NCBI GenBank assembly: GCA_963674595.2
Contig: CAXXFV010000026.1
Coordinates: 32,001 to 96,000, forward strand
Length of the DNA: 64,000 nucleotides
Direction: 5' to 3'
Source: a bacterium
GTDB lineage: Bacteria > Zhuqueibacterota > Zhuqueibacteria > Residuimicrobiales > Krinioviventaceae
Shown: piece by piece, positions 9,660-21,330 of the stretch
Layout of the letters: each line of letters opens with the position of its first letter
How positions within the stretch are numbered: position 1 is the stretch's first letter
Translations under genes and position numbers: made by a program
The notes under the pieces: generated by a model
Database searches by the model: none
What the model saw: the letters and a program-made list of their open reading frames with translations, nothing else
What the model was told of the DNA's origin: nothing

Positions 9660-10147
9660 GTATTCGACGAACATATTTGATAGATGACGTGCAGAAATGC
9701 GTTTTTCGCTTGCTGCGGCAGCTCACCGGGGCCGAGAGTCCCTGGACAAGCTGGAACGTCATTGAAGGTTATCCGGAAGACCGGGTGTTTGAGGAATTTG
9801 ATAAACCCTTTATCTATGTGCTTAAACCGGTTGTCACCGGTGCCTACAGACAACAGGGCGGACTGCCGAATTACCTGATGGAAATGGTCATCGGCATGTG
9901 GGACGACCGCAAAACCGGCGGTCCGGAAGAGATCAATATCATCGGTTCGCACCTGCTCGAACTTTTTATGAATCCGCAGTCTTTGTATTCGAAAAAATTC
10001 AATGTCACGCTTGGAACCACCAGTTTTACAGACACGACATTGGCGGCCCAGGGTCTGCGCATAAAAAACATTAAAGGACCCAAAGAGCTAAAAGTCAAAG
10101 CCGTGAAAGAGTTTCGGCGTGAATTCACTTTATTTTTAAGGAGCTGA
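9656..10147 (+). CDS. tail terminator / completion protein
   Basis: Directly upstream of the tube gene; EGYPED...KPFIYV. Confidence 0.55.
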   Translation: MSIRRTYLIDDVQKCVFRLLRQLTGAESPWTSWNVIEGYPEDRVFEEFDKPFIYVLKPVVTGAYRQQGGLPNYLMEMVIGMWDDRKTGGPEEINIIGSHLLELFMNPQSLYSKKFNVTLGTTSFTDTTLAAQGLRIKNIKGPKELKVKAVKEFRREFTLFLRS

Positions 10148-10149
10148 AA

Positions 10150-10941
10150 ATGGCATACAACGATCAATTAGGCGCATTGCAGTCAAATGACATTATTGAC
10201 GGTCAGTTTACCCTGCATCGTGTTTACCGGCACGATGCGGACGTGGCAACGGGGATTGTACCCATCAACATTTCCGGTATTCAGGACGTATCGGCTGAGG
10301 CCATGGCCCCGCAAATGTCCCGCGAAGTGTTTCAGCAGGGCGGCGGCAGCGACAGTCTGATCAGTGAACGCAACTTTCGTTACAGCGGCACCATCCGTCT
10401 TAAAGCAGGCAAACTGGATGATTTTCTCACCGCTATTTACGGCAAAACACACTCGACCACCGGTGAGGCCGCGTTGGTGCACAGACCTTCTGTTTTTCCG
10501 GCCATAACCCTGGAATCCATTTGCCGTGCCGACGACAATACCACACACCTTTTTTCCAAAGTGTACCAGGAACTGATTTTAAAACCCTGGAACAACAATT
10601 CACCCATGGAAGACGAAGAAGTGGACATTCCCTTTTACTCCATGCACGATCCGTTTTTGATCTGCGCCGGTGCTGAATTGTTCTATGACAAATTCAACGG
10701 CGACGGTTCAACAACCGACTTTACATTATCCGCAACACCATTGACTGCTGTAGACACAACAGACGCGGCCCGCGAAGACTGGGTGCTTGACAATGCTGTT
10801 TTTGTTGCGGTTAAAAATTCCGGCGATGACCAGTCCACACGACAGAAAAGCGGCGTGACATTGACCAGCACAACATTGTCCTTTACAACCGCCCCGGCAG
10901 CATCGTCTGTGGTTTCTTATCTGGGCATCAAGGCCTATTAA
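10150..10941 (+). CDS. major tail tube protein with C-terminal beta-rich extension
   Basis: Gene order, AAGGAG RBS, C-terminal FNGDGSTTDFTLS...LSFTTAP module. Confidence 0.65.
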   Translation: MAYNDQLGALQSNDIIDGQFTLHRVYRHDADVATGIVPINISGIQDVSAEAMAPQMSREVFQQGGGSDSLISERNFRYSGTIRLKAGKLDDFLTAIYGKTHSTTGEAALVHRPSVFPAITLESICRADDNTTHLFSKVYQELILKPWNNNSPMEDEEVDIPFYSMHDPFLICAGAELFYDKFNGDGSTTDFTLSATPLTAVDTTDAAREDWVLDNAVFVAVKNSGDDQSTRQKSGVTLTSTTLSFTTAPAASSVVSYLGIKAY

Positions 10942-10963
10942 TTTTAACCAAGAAGAGAGAACA

Positions 10964-11209
10964 ATGAAAAGAGAATACATAACGGAATGTTTATACAGGG
11001 CTGCTGCGATTGTTTTAACCACCGGGCAGCAGCCCGATCATATCATTCGTGTACGCGGCGACAAAAGCAGGGCCGTGCTGACCTTTCACGTTGAAACCGA
11101 TGTGATTGAAAAACTGGAAAGCAATGAACTGCTTGTGGACCCTGTTGCCTTTAAAGATGTTTTTATTCCATTAAAAAGAAAAGTATTCAGAGTAATAGAC
11201 GAGGACTAA
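10964..11209 (+). CDS. small phage protein (DUF5659-like)
   Basis: YITECLYRAAAI...LLVDPVAFKD...LKRKV pattern. Confidence 0.5.
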   Translation: MKREYITECLYRAAAIVLTTGQQPDHIIRVRGDKSRAVLTFHVETDVIEKLESNELLVDPVAFKDVFIPLKRKVFRVIDED

Positions 11210-11791
11210 ATGAAAGCTATAGATTTGTTAAAAAACGCCAACCAGAACAAAATCAAATCCATTGAATTTGTAATTCCAATTGACGACAACAACGGTATCG
11301 ATACCGTGCTGCAGGCGCCGGATCTGTGGAGCCTGAAAGAAGAGCAGGAAAAAGTATATCACGCCAAACTTGTTGAACTGTGTCAGGAAGGATATGACCA
11401 GTACCCGATCAACGAACAGGACTTTAATAAAGAAGTGGAAAACTATCTGGAAAATCTGAAAAAATCGGGTTCCAAAGACATAGACAAGGCCGTGGAAAAC
11501 TATAAAAAAGACCGGCCAAAATCTTTGGCAGACCAGTTGGCCCAGCGCACCAGCAAGTACCGCACGATTTTTGAGATATTGCCCAAGTTTTTACGCTACA
11601 AGGAAAACAACAAACTGTTGTTTCCCACGGCTGAAGAGCAGAAACAGTTTAAGGACATATTGTCCAGCAACAACAAACTGTTTGAACTGCTGACCGGGAA
11701 ATACATTGAACTGTCCAAACTGATCAATGAGGAAGACACGGAAAAAAACTCCGTGAAGCCGGGGAATGGCAAGAGTACAGACTCCAAGTAG
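11210..11791 (+). CDS. tail assembly chaperone (G-like)
   Basis: Between tube and tape measure; slippery A AAA AAC at 11743-11749. Confidence 0.7.
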   Translation: MKAIDLLKNANQNKIKSIEFVIPIDDNNGIDTVLQAPDLWSLKEEQEKVYHAKLVELCQEGYDQYPINEQDFNKEVENYLENLKKSGSKDIDKAVENYKKDRPKSLADQLAQRTSKYRTIFEILPKFLRYKENNKLLFPTAEEQKQFKDILSSNNKLFELLTGKYIELSKLINEEDTEKNSVKPGNGKSTDSK

Positions 11792-12111
11792 CCCTGGCGG
11801 ACCGGTTTCAGTATAAAGGCCCGTTTGATCCACAGCTTTTAGATGATTTGAAAAACCCGTATCGGCGGATATTGCTCATTCACAGTTTGCAAATGCCCAA
11901 TTTTCAGGACCATTTGTTTAAACTGCTGGCCGAACAGTATCCCGAGATTTTGAAGAATATGCTCAACATTCACGGGACGTCCATCGTTAAAATGCTGGCC
12001 GGCAAAAACGGGCACAAGATTAAGAGCATTTTTAAGGAAGAAAAGAAAAAGAGACCCAGCGAACAAATCGTTGTAACACCGGATGGTAAACGTATTAGGT
12101 TAAGGTCATAG
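11743..12111 (+). CDS. -1 frameshift extension of the tail chaperone (GT-like)
   Basis: The -1 frame is open from the slippery site (KKLREAGEWQEYRLQ...) into track ORF 11848..12111. Confidence 0.75.
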   Translation, partial: KKLREAGEWQEYRLQVALADRFQYKGPFDPQLLDDLKNPYRRILLIHSLQMPNFQDHLFKLLAEQYPEILKNMLNIHGTSIVKMLAGKNGHKIKSIFKEEKKKRPSEQIVVTPDGKRIRLRS

Positions 12112-12113
12112 TT

Positions 12114-15100
12114 ATGAGTGATTTTACATGAAATTGTCCATTAGCAGCAGGCGGGACTAGCGTTTCAGATATTATTGAACCGTTTAACCTTGTAATAGAT
12201 GTACTAGAAGAGGCCGTTAATACATTAGGCCTTTTCGATGAAAAAATTGAATACACGACAAAAAGAACAGGTGTTGATTTAGTTGATGCACTTATTAGAT
12301 CAGCTGACTTTTTGGTTAAGAATGATGAAGCAGTAATAAAAAGCACACGGAGTCTTGATGAGTTGGCGTTAGCAGTGGCTGATATAAAGATGAAAAATGC
12401 TAGTTTATTGGGATTAGGGCCAGTTATCGATAAAATTACCGGATTTAATACAAAAGTTGAAGAACAAGCAAAAAAAATAATTGCAGCAAGAGACGCTACA
12501 AAGGAATTAAGTGAAAAAACAGGTGTTTATAACGATGCGCTGTATAAAGTCAATCAATATGGTCCAGAAGCTGCTCAGGCGATTTTTGGAATAAGTGAGG
12601 AAACAGATAAAAATAATGATCTTATCAGCATAGCTATTGAGAAACATAAGCAATTTACTGAACAACAAAAAGCCCTTAATGACGCTGGAATTGTGACGAC
12701 AGCATCCATTAGAAGTCAAATTGATTCTCTTGAAAGTTTGTTCCCTGCAGTTGAAAATGATAATTATGCTTATAACCAATTATATAGTATGATACATGAC
12801 CTATATGTGGAAATTGGTGATACGAAAGGATTAAAAGAATTTCGAGAAAAATGTGGTAATGTTACTAATACATTTATACCTTTAAATGTACAGGGGAGAG
12901 AGCTTGCCAATAATATTGACAAAGTTAGACGTTCTCAGGTGGATAATCATCCGGTACTAGAAACCTCAACAAAAAAGGCCAAAGATTTAAAAGAAGAAAC
13001 TGAAGAGACGACTATATCTTTTAAAGATTTTGCCAGTTATGCAAATAAAGTGGCTGAAAAATTGCCAGGTTTAGATAATAGTGTTAAAACGGTGACTTCT
13101 GCTATTTCATCTTTGGCCACAAAAGGTTTTTCCCCTTTGAACATTGCGACAACAGCGGCTTCAGTTGCATTTGGTCTTTTTGGTGATAAAAAGGAAAAAG
13201 TTGTTGTTACCGTTGACCAAATCATTGAGCGTATGGGGGCATTAGGTGTTGAAATTACCAAAACAAAAGATTTTATTGAGGAATTGAGCGACAGCTTTCA
13301 GAGCAACGCGCTGGCGTCCTATACTAAACATCTGGATGCACTTTTAGAAAGGAAAGCCAAGTTAACTTCTGATTATGAAAATACGGATGATGGCGATAAA
13401 AAGGAAAAAATCAATGAAGCTGTCCATAGCATAAATGAAACTATAAATACCGTTATTAAGGAAATAAACAGATTAGTAGAAGCCCTGGTATTTGATGTTG
13501 ATTTTACAGAGACTCTGGACGGATTAAAGTACCTGACAACAGAAGCCGTAAGAATGTTCTCTTATTATGGAGATACATTAAAAGGCACAGGTATTGTTGA
13601 TCTGCTTGAAGAACAAATAAAAAAATCTGCTGAATTAAGGGAAGGACTTGATAAAGACTCTAAAGCGTATGCGGATGTGGAAACTCAAATTATGGCTGCC
13701 GCCCAGGCAATGATAAACTTAGGGGCTTTGCAAAATGAAGTTGCGGCATTGCTTGCCCGGTTTGATATGTCTTTAGTCGATTTTGCCGGTGGTATAAAGG
13801 ATAAATTTGGAGACATTTTTGATAATAGCTCTGTTTTTGACGCTCTACAAAATCAGATGCAGGGATTTTTTAATTCCTTATTAGATGCCGAACAGAATAT
13901 GGACACAGAAGCCTATGAAGAGATGTCTAAAAATATTTATGCTGTTGCTCAAAAGATGAAAGATATGGGTATTTCCGGTGAGGAGTTAAATGCGAAACTT
14001 GAACGTGTTGGTTTGTCTTATACAGAGCTGGCCGAAAAATTTAATTTGTCGAGTGAAGAGATCAATGAAGCAGCCGGTATCGTTGGCGCGCTAAGTACAG
14101 AAATGGCAGATTTAGGAGAGGAGCTGAAAACAATTGATCCTGATAGTGCTGCCTATGATGAGCAGGTTGAAAAAATAGTTGCCGTTGCACAGGCCATGCT
14201 GGAGATGGGTGCATCAAACGCCGAAGTAAATGCTGCTCTTGCCGCTACAGGTTTGACATTGGAACAGGTTACAGGCAAGGTTGCCGGTTTGGAAGACGCC
14301 TGGCGTACCGCAACGTCTGTTATGACTGGTGAATGGTCAACATTTGAAGATGAGGTTGCCGGTGCTAATAAAACTATAGACGATTTAATGTTTTTCAATG
14401 TCGATTTGGATACAACGGATGCGGATGAGAGCCTTCTGGCACTGATTGAAAGTTGGGATGAATATCTTGCAAAACTGGACCCGAATTCAGAAGCCTATCA
14501 ACAAGCTGCTGAAATGGTTAACGGGCTGAAACAACGTTATAATGATCTAACAGGAGCAACTCTTGAGACGACAGAAGCGGCTGTAACAATGGCAGATGCT
14601 TTTCAGTTTGATACTGATTTCTCCAGTCAAAAAGATGAATTAGATACGATAATAGAAAAAGCGCTGGCAATTGGTGATTATTATGGTGATGCTTTTGATA
14701 CCACGGCAGTGGAAGAATTATTGGCACGTTCAATAGAAACTAACCAGGCAATGTTGAATGATCTTGATCCGACAACACAGGCTTATGAGGAATTACAGAA
14801 ATCAATCTGGGAAGGTGAAGCAGCTCTTGCTGTTATGCGCGGTGAAGTGGAAACAACAAATCAGTATTATGAGCAACATGGAATTGTAATTGCCGGTGTA
14901 ACTGATGGTATAGAAGAGAATACGGATGCTGTTAATGATAATGCCGGTGCCATAGAATCATGGTCTGAAATTTTTAATAAATCCATAAATCAAATGTCTT
15001 CGGAATATAATCAGTTTGAAAAAGATGCGGAAACGGCCAGTAAGCTTATAGATGAAATATTATTTTTCAATATTGATCTTGACGCATCTGATCTTGATGA

Positions 15101-17273
15101 GCAGTTGGAAGCGGCCATGGCTTCTATGTATGCTTATATCGGCACGCTCGATCCGGACAGTGAAGCCTACCGGCAAGCCATGGAAACCCTGCAGGGATTG
15201 GCTGACAAATATTATGAGATAAAATATAAAACAGATGATTTGGCTGAAAGCACAGAAACTGCCATGCGCTCTGCCGGAGAGCCGTCAAAGTTTTATGAAC
15301 AGGCATATAAAAAATTACTTGGTGAAATTGATAAAGCTAATGATGAAATAAATTCTTTAATGACCAAAAAAAGAATTATTGAAATTAAAATTGACATGGC
15401 AACTCAAAAAATTGAAGAAACTGAAAAATTAATTGAAGATTTAAAACTGAAAAAAATTGAGGTTGAATTTTATATTTCTCAAGTAAATGAAGAAATAGAC
15501 AAACTCAATGATTATATAGCCAAAAAACAGGAACAGCTTGAAAAAATTGAAATTGCAATTGAAATAACACAGGCTGAAATTGATAAAATAAATGAAAAAA
15601 TTGAGACCCTTGAAGTACAGAAACTTGAAATACAGGCACAAATTGATGATGCAAAGATAAATATTCAGGAATTGAATCAGTTTATTTCAGACAAAGAATT
15701 AGAATTACATGAATTAAAAATTCAATTCATGGCAGATGTCGATAGTTTAAACGAACAGATGGCAACGCTTGGTGCTGAGTTTGATGAGAAAATTAAAGAA
15801 TATAACCTTAACAAAATAAGCATCTCTACTGAGATAGAAAACGCAGAGGTTTCCAAGTCAAAGTTGCGAGATATTATTGATTTACTCGGGACCGATATGG
15901 ATACGTTGCTTTCCGAAGGGCTGGATTTTTATAAAGTGTCCACTATGCTTGAAGATATAACGGGTAAAAGTCAGACTCTGGAAGTCCAGTGGGAATCCAT
16001 GTTAAAGACAATGTTTAACGAGTTTTCTGATTTTGAAACAGACATGAAAACCGCTTCCGATGCGATTGATCAGTTAATGTATTTTGATGTTGATTTGGAT
16101 ACTACCGAAGTTGATGAGCAAATTAACGCTGCTATCTTCCGAATGCAGGATTATCTGAAAACGTTAAGTCCGGAATCTCAAGCTTATAAAGATGCCAGTG
16201 CTTCCCTGACGCAACTTACCAAAAAATTTGAAGAGATGGGCGGTGTGTTGGATGAGGAAAAAGCATTACAGTTTAATGCCGAGTATGCAATACAGGAAGT
16301 TAAAAATTTCGATGATCAAATAGACGGTTTATACACTCAATTACAAGAAAATGATTTACAATTTGATATAGACCAGGATACTTTTGCCACTGAAATGGAA
16401 GCTCTTGATCAAGAACTTGCAAATTTATATACCGAGTACAATAATAAGCAAATAGAAATTGAAGCAGATATACAAGCGGCAAAGGAGAAAGTTGAAGCTT
16501 TTGAGGATCAAATAACGGCACTGGAAGACCAAAAGGTCGCAATAGAAACAGAAATTCAAGAGGCGAAAGATCAATTAGATTTATATCAATCGGATTTAGC
16601 TACCCTTGAAAACCAAAAGGTGAAAATTACGACTGATATTGCTCAAGCACAAACTAAAATTGATGAGTTAGAGCTTGAACTCGCCGGTCTTGAAGAAGAA
16701 AAAATGCAGATTGAAGCGGATATAACCGAAGCTGAAGCCCAGTTAGAAGCTTTTAAACAAGAAATGGCAAAACTTGAGCAGGACAAACTTGAAATTGATG
16801 CCGCAATTGATACTGCTTTAGAAAGATTAACTGAACTAGAGACAAGGCTTAATGACATGGAAACCTCGAAAACAGTTAATATTGATTTATATGTTAATAA
16901 TAAATCAAAAGATGCGCAATCCAAATATCATACCGGCGGGCTGGTTACGGCGCATACGGGACAGTTGTTCCCTAATGAGCGGATTGCCAAAGTGCTGAGC
17001 GGTGAATATGTGCTGCGGCCGGCGGTTGCCGAACGATTTGGTGCGGACGCGTTGAACAATTTTAACGCATCGCTCAATCCCAATGCGCTTGTGTCCGACC
17101 ACAGCCTGTCGCGTCAGGATGCCCGGGCCATTGTTCAGGAATCACGGCCTGTTCAGGTGCACATCCACGAAGCCACCCGGCGCACCTGGGCTGAAGTGAC
17201 GGACCATAGTATTTATGGAAACGTTAAAAAACGTGAACGATTTTTTGAAAGTGAAGGGAGTCCGTTTAACTAA
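12114..17273 (+). CDS. tape measure protein; in-frame TGA at codon 6 (12129-12131)
   Basis: About 1719 codons, helical and repetitive; C-terminal HTGG...GEYVL; ATG 12114 is in frame with track ORF 12312. Confidence 0.8.
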
Positions 17274-17674
17274 TGGCATTAACGACAGGCATTCGGATTG
17301 TTATCGGCGCGGTTTATGTTGATTTTTACCGCGAAGAAGTGGAAGACATTGTGTTTAAACCTTTGGTAGAGTATATGGTGCTTGAGGGCCATAAACAGGC
17401 CCCGGACCTGATAAAAATCGGCTCAACACAGTCCATGATCGAAATGTCATTTACGGACTGGAACAGCGCCACCAAAGCCAAGGTCGACCAGGTTGTAAAT
17501 GCTGACTGCGAAATGACCCTGTATTATCAATATGCTTATGATCCGACAGTTTATAAAAACGTTATCGTTATGGCTGTTGATGATGTTAAAAAGACAACGG
17601 AATATTTTAATTCTGCTGATATTAATTACGGCAGAGTAAAGACACGTTATTCACTTACTTTTGCGGAATGTTAA
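17273..17674 (+). CDS. distal tail-like protein
   Basis: TAATG overlap with the tape measure gene; size and position. Confidence 0.55.
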   Translation: MALTTGIRIVIGAVYVDFYREEVEDIVFKPLVEYMVLEGHKQAPDLIKIGSTQSMIEMSFTDWNSATKAKVDQVVNADCEMTLYYQYAYDPTVYKNVIVMAVDDVKKTTEYFNSADINYGRVKTRYSLTFAEC

Positions 17675-17675
17675 T

Positions 17676-20600
17676 ATGCCCTATTACACAGATTTGCCGG
17701 AAACATGGCAGGAAGAACTTGAGAAAAGGACCGGTGCACGCATCCTTATAGAAGCGGTGCTGGACCCGGATGGTGAAGCCAGGATCATTCCCTCGAAATA
17801 TGATATTGTGGATATTTCGCCCATTACCAATGTCCGCGACCTGGATATTGAATATACGGACCGTTCGGTTGTGCAGGACGTGACCCTGACCTTTAACGAT
17901 CCGGACGGCTATTTTAGCTACAAAAATCCGGCAAGTCCTTTTCACAACATGGTTGGCGAGTTGTATGAATATACCAAAAGCGGATCGAATAGCATAAAGT
18001 TGATTGATAATACCGGTGTGGAATTTGGCCACAACCAAAAGCTGGAAATTAATGACAACACAAATTGCGAACATGTTTATGTAAACAGTTTTACAAAAGC
18101 CTCGGGCAGTATCTATTATCATCAGCTTGGGATTGTGGGTGCGCTTGTCAACAGTTATAAAGGCGGCACAAAAATATATACCTTGCCGGTTGAAAAAAAG
18201 GAGATTTTGGTGCGTGTGTATATGGTCGGCGCCACGGTGCCCATTCACATGTTTCGCGGAAAAATCATTGCCCTGCCCGAAAGCGAAGCCGGAAAAGGTT
18301 TTTTGACCATTTCTTCCATTAAAAAGTTTTTGCTGGATGAAGAGCTGCGCGGCGCAGAAACCGGCGCCGATAAGCTGAAACGTATCAATACCAACGGCGA
18401 TTTGGTTGATACCATCACCTGGAGTGAAGGCAGTTCCGGTACCCTGGACCGGTCAAAAGTCATTGTTAAAGATAATGCCAAGTTGAGAAACTGGACTTGT
18501 GAATTCAGCAGTAATACCGATTTTGTGCTCTATTCCGAGGACATTGGCAGCGGTGTTGCCGGAAAGACTGAAGCAGAACAAATTTTTTCTATTTCCGGCT
18601 TGGACAATTATTTATATTCTCCCCAAAGAATCATTGCTGACAAAAACTATGCTTATGTAATATCACGAAGTAATGCTTTAACAATTTGGGATATTCGTAA
18701 TAAAAATAATATACAAATGGTTGGCGTTATTTCCGGCATTGGGGCGCCAAATTATCTAAATACACCGACAGACATGGTCATTAAAAAAAACTATGCTTAT
18801 ATAACATCTGCTGATAATGCTTTAGTAATTATTGATGTTTCCAATCCAAACAATCCGACAAAAGTAGGGCACATGGTTGGTGCCGGCAGCTCAAATTATC
18901 TTGAATGGCCGGAGTCCTTGTATATCGAAGATAATTATGCTTATATTGTTACAAACTATGATGAAGTTTTACTAATTATAGATATTTCTGATCCAAAAAA
19001 TCCGGTACAAGTTGGACATACTGCAGACGGTTCATCCGGGTTAGCTTTATGTAAAAAAGATAATTATGTATATACTTGTGGTACTAAACCTTCTAATTAT
19101 AATGATATTAATGTTTATGATGTTTCTGATCCAAGTTCACCAATATTAATAAATACTATAACACATTCTAAATTTTGCTACAAGATAAAAATACATGACG
19201 GTTATTTATATGCTTTGTTTCTAAATGATGATATTTTTAATATTTATAGTTTATCTGATCCGACAACTCCAACTCTGGTGTCAAGCTTATCCGGGGCTGG
19301 TAGTCCAAATTATCTTGATGCCCCAAAATATTTTAATTTTTATGAGCAATATGCTTTTATTTCAAGTGTGGCTGAAAAAACTATAACCATTATTGATATC
19401 TCCGATAAAAGCAATCCAACATTTTTTTGTAAATATGATATTATGTATTGTAATGATATTTTTGTTTATGGTGATTATATTTATCTTTGTTGTGCTCCTT
19501 ATTTTGAATATCGTATTATTAAATGGTCTTGTTCTGACTCTGAAAATAGTGGTAAAGAGAGCATACAAATTCCCTTTGCAGCCTGGGGCGGGACCCGGGC
19601 CGAATCCGACTCGGTACAGTTTACCACCACCATAAATTTTGACAATCAAAATGTTGTGCAGGCCATTTATAATCTATATACAAAATACATCGGTATGGAT
19701 AACAAACTGTTGGGGTGTTCGTCCTTTTTTGAGGACAAGGTCATCGGCACCTTAAACAGCGCCGTGCAACCCACTGGCCCCCCTGATCCCATTCATCCGG
19801 AGGACCCCACGATTTCTATCAAAATATCTGTCCCCATTGTCATCGGCACAAATGATGTCCTGACCATTACCGAAGGAAACACCACCGAAGACATTACCGT
19901 CATTGAGGGCAATACGGTTACATCAAGTTTTCCGCCTGTTATCACCCTTCCGGTCAGTCCCCTGACAAACGGATTCACCAGGGCCGCTACAGTGACATGG
20001 AAAAAAAAGGCTGCTTACGATCCTGCCTACAACTTTGACAGGGAATATCATTACTGTGATATTATGAACTATTGTGTTTCTTTGTCTTTTGATAAGCAAA
20101 TGACACGTTTGCAGGCCCTTGAAGTGTTGACCCAGCATTTGGATGGATTTTTGTTTTCCGACAGTTGGGGTGTGGAAAAGCTGTTTGTGTTTCGGCCCAA
20201 ATACCGATCAAGTGTGCCGGATGTTACCAAAACAGTGAATTTGAAAAAACCGAATCCCGTTATTGAAACCGTGAATCTGGTCAACGAAATCCGTTGTTTT
20301 TACGGATATGATTATACCAACAGCAAGTATTTATATGAATATGTGTATCCGGAAAATGATACGGACAATGACAGTTTTTTAAGAAACGGATTCAAAAGAA
20401 CAAAATCCTTTTACCTGCCGGGTGTTTTTAATGAATCTGTTGCCAAAAATATGACAAGGCACAAATATTTGATCTGGAAAGACGGGCTTTCGCTGATTCG
20501 TTTTAATTTAACATTAAAAGGATTGGTAACGGAAATTGGTGATGCTTATAACCTGATCAGTGAAATGCCGGACATTGATACCCTTGTGGAAGTTGTCGGT

Positions 20601-20726
20601 ATTGGCGGGATAAAATTGTTGAATGGCATAAACATCGAACTGGTTGGACTTGATGTTGAAAAAGTATTAAATAACTGGTTTTTACTTGACGACAGCGGGA
20701 TGGGAACGGCCCGCGTATTATGGTAG
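17676..20726 (+). CDS. tail tip/hub protein with inserted LVIVD-repeat propeller
   Basis: Repeats such as YAYI...LVIIDVSNPNNP in an AT-rich insert at ~18570-19550. Confidence 0.7.
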   Translation: MPYYTDLPETWQEELEKRTGARILIEAVLDPDGEARIIPSKYDIVDISPITNVRDLDIEYTDRSVVQDVTLTFNDPDGYFSYKNPASPFHNMVGELYEYTKSGSNSIKLIDNTGVEFGHNQKLEINDNTNCEHVYVNSFTKASGSIYYHQLGIVGALVNSYKGGTKIYTLPVEKKEILVRVYMVGATVPIHMFRGKIIALPESEAGKGFLTISSIKKFLLDEELRGAETGADKLKRINTNGDLVDTITWSEGSSGTLDRSKVIVKDNAKLRNWTCEFSSNTDFVLYSEDIGSGVAGKTEAEQIFSISGLDNYLYSPQRIIADKNYAYVISRSNALTIWDIRNKNNIQMVGVISGIGAPNYLNTPTDMVIKKNYAYITSADNALVIIDVSNPNNPTKVGHMVGAGSSNYLEWPESLYIEDNYAYIVTNYDEVLLIIDISDPKNPVQVGHTADGSSGLALCKKDNYVYTCGTKPSNYNDINVYDVSDPSSPILINTITHSKFCYKIKIHDGYLYALFLNDDIFNIYSLSDPTTPTLVSSLSGAGSPNYLDAPKYFNFYEQYAFISSVAEKTITIIDISDKSNPTFFCKYDIMYCNDIFVYGDYIYLCCAPYFEYRIIKWSCSDSENSGKESIQIPFAAWGGTRAESDSVQFTTTINFDNQNVVQAIYNLYTKYIGMDNKLLGCSSFFEDKVIGTLNSAVQPTGPPDPIHPEDPTISIKISVPIVIGTNDVLTITEGNTTEDITVIEGNTVTSSFPPVITLPVSPLTNGFTRAATVTWKKKAAYDPAYNFDREYHYCDIMNYCVSLSFDKQMTRLQALEVLTQHLDGFLFSDSWGVEKLFVFRPKYRSSVPDVTKTVNLKKPNPVIETVNLVNEIRCFYGYDYTNSKYLYEYVYPENDTDNDSFLRNGFKRTKSFYLPGVFNESVAKNMTRHKYLIWKDGLSLIRFNLTLKGLVTEIGDAYNLISEMPDIDTLVEVVGIGGIKLLNGINIELVGLDVEKVLNNWFLLDDSGMGTARVLW

Positions 20727-20736
20727 GAGTTTTATT

Positions 20737-21330
20737 ATGACATTTGTAACGGGCGATGTTCTGCCTGCCTCTACAGCAAACGCATGGCCGAGAAGCTATA
20801 TGGAACAGGAAGATTTGGTGAGTTATGCTATTACTTTGACCGCATTTCGATATGCAGACGGCGCCATTCCGGACACGGTTGGAGCGGCCGGCAATCCAAA
20901 ACTTGTTATGAGCGGTTGGGGATCCGGCACCGGTATTTTTCAGGGTGAAGATGCACAGGAGGTACTTAAGACAGAGACTTTATGTTTTGAGTTTGTTTTG
21001 CCGGAATGTTATGTGGCCGGACAAAGCGTAATCCTGAGTATAACCGCGCGTATTAACGACGCCGGGGGCAATTCGCATACGTTCGATTCGCTGGATGTAG
21101 AAGCCTATGAAATAGCCGAAGCTGGAACAGCCGAAAGTGATATTTGCGCCACAGATGCGCAGACTCTGGCCGAAATAATGACGGCTTATTCTTTTACCAT
21201 TACTTCGACAAATTTGGGGCCGGGTGATTTGGTGAGGATATTTATCAGAACATCGATCCAGGGCAGTTTCGGTGGATCGTTCAAAGCTGAAATAGGCGGG
21301 GCAACTATGAAACTGGATATTAAAGGCTGA
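20737..21330 (+). CDS. putative minor tail protein
   Basis: AGGAG RBS, ATG 20737 (MTFVTGDVLPASTAN). Confidence 0.55.
   Translation: MTFVTGDVLPASTANAWPRSYMEQEDLVSYAITLTAFRYADGAIPDTVGAAGNPKLVMSGWGSGTGIFQGEDAQEVLKTETLCFEFVLPECYVAGQSVILSITARINDAGGNSHTFDSLDVEAYEIAEAGTAESDICATDAQTLAEIMTAYSFTITSTNLGPGDLVRIFIRTSIQGSFGGSFKAEIGGATMKLDIKG

Noticed and set aside
12114-12131. TGA recoding (genetic code 4 or 25) suggested by the in-frame TGA in the tape measure gene
   Set aside because: TGA is a true stop elsewhere in the operon (2998, 9546, 10147, and the TGATG overlap at 21330), and TGG is used for Trp.
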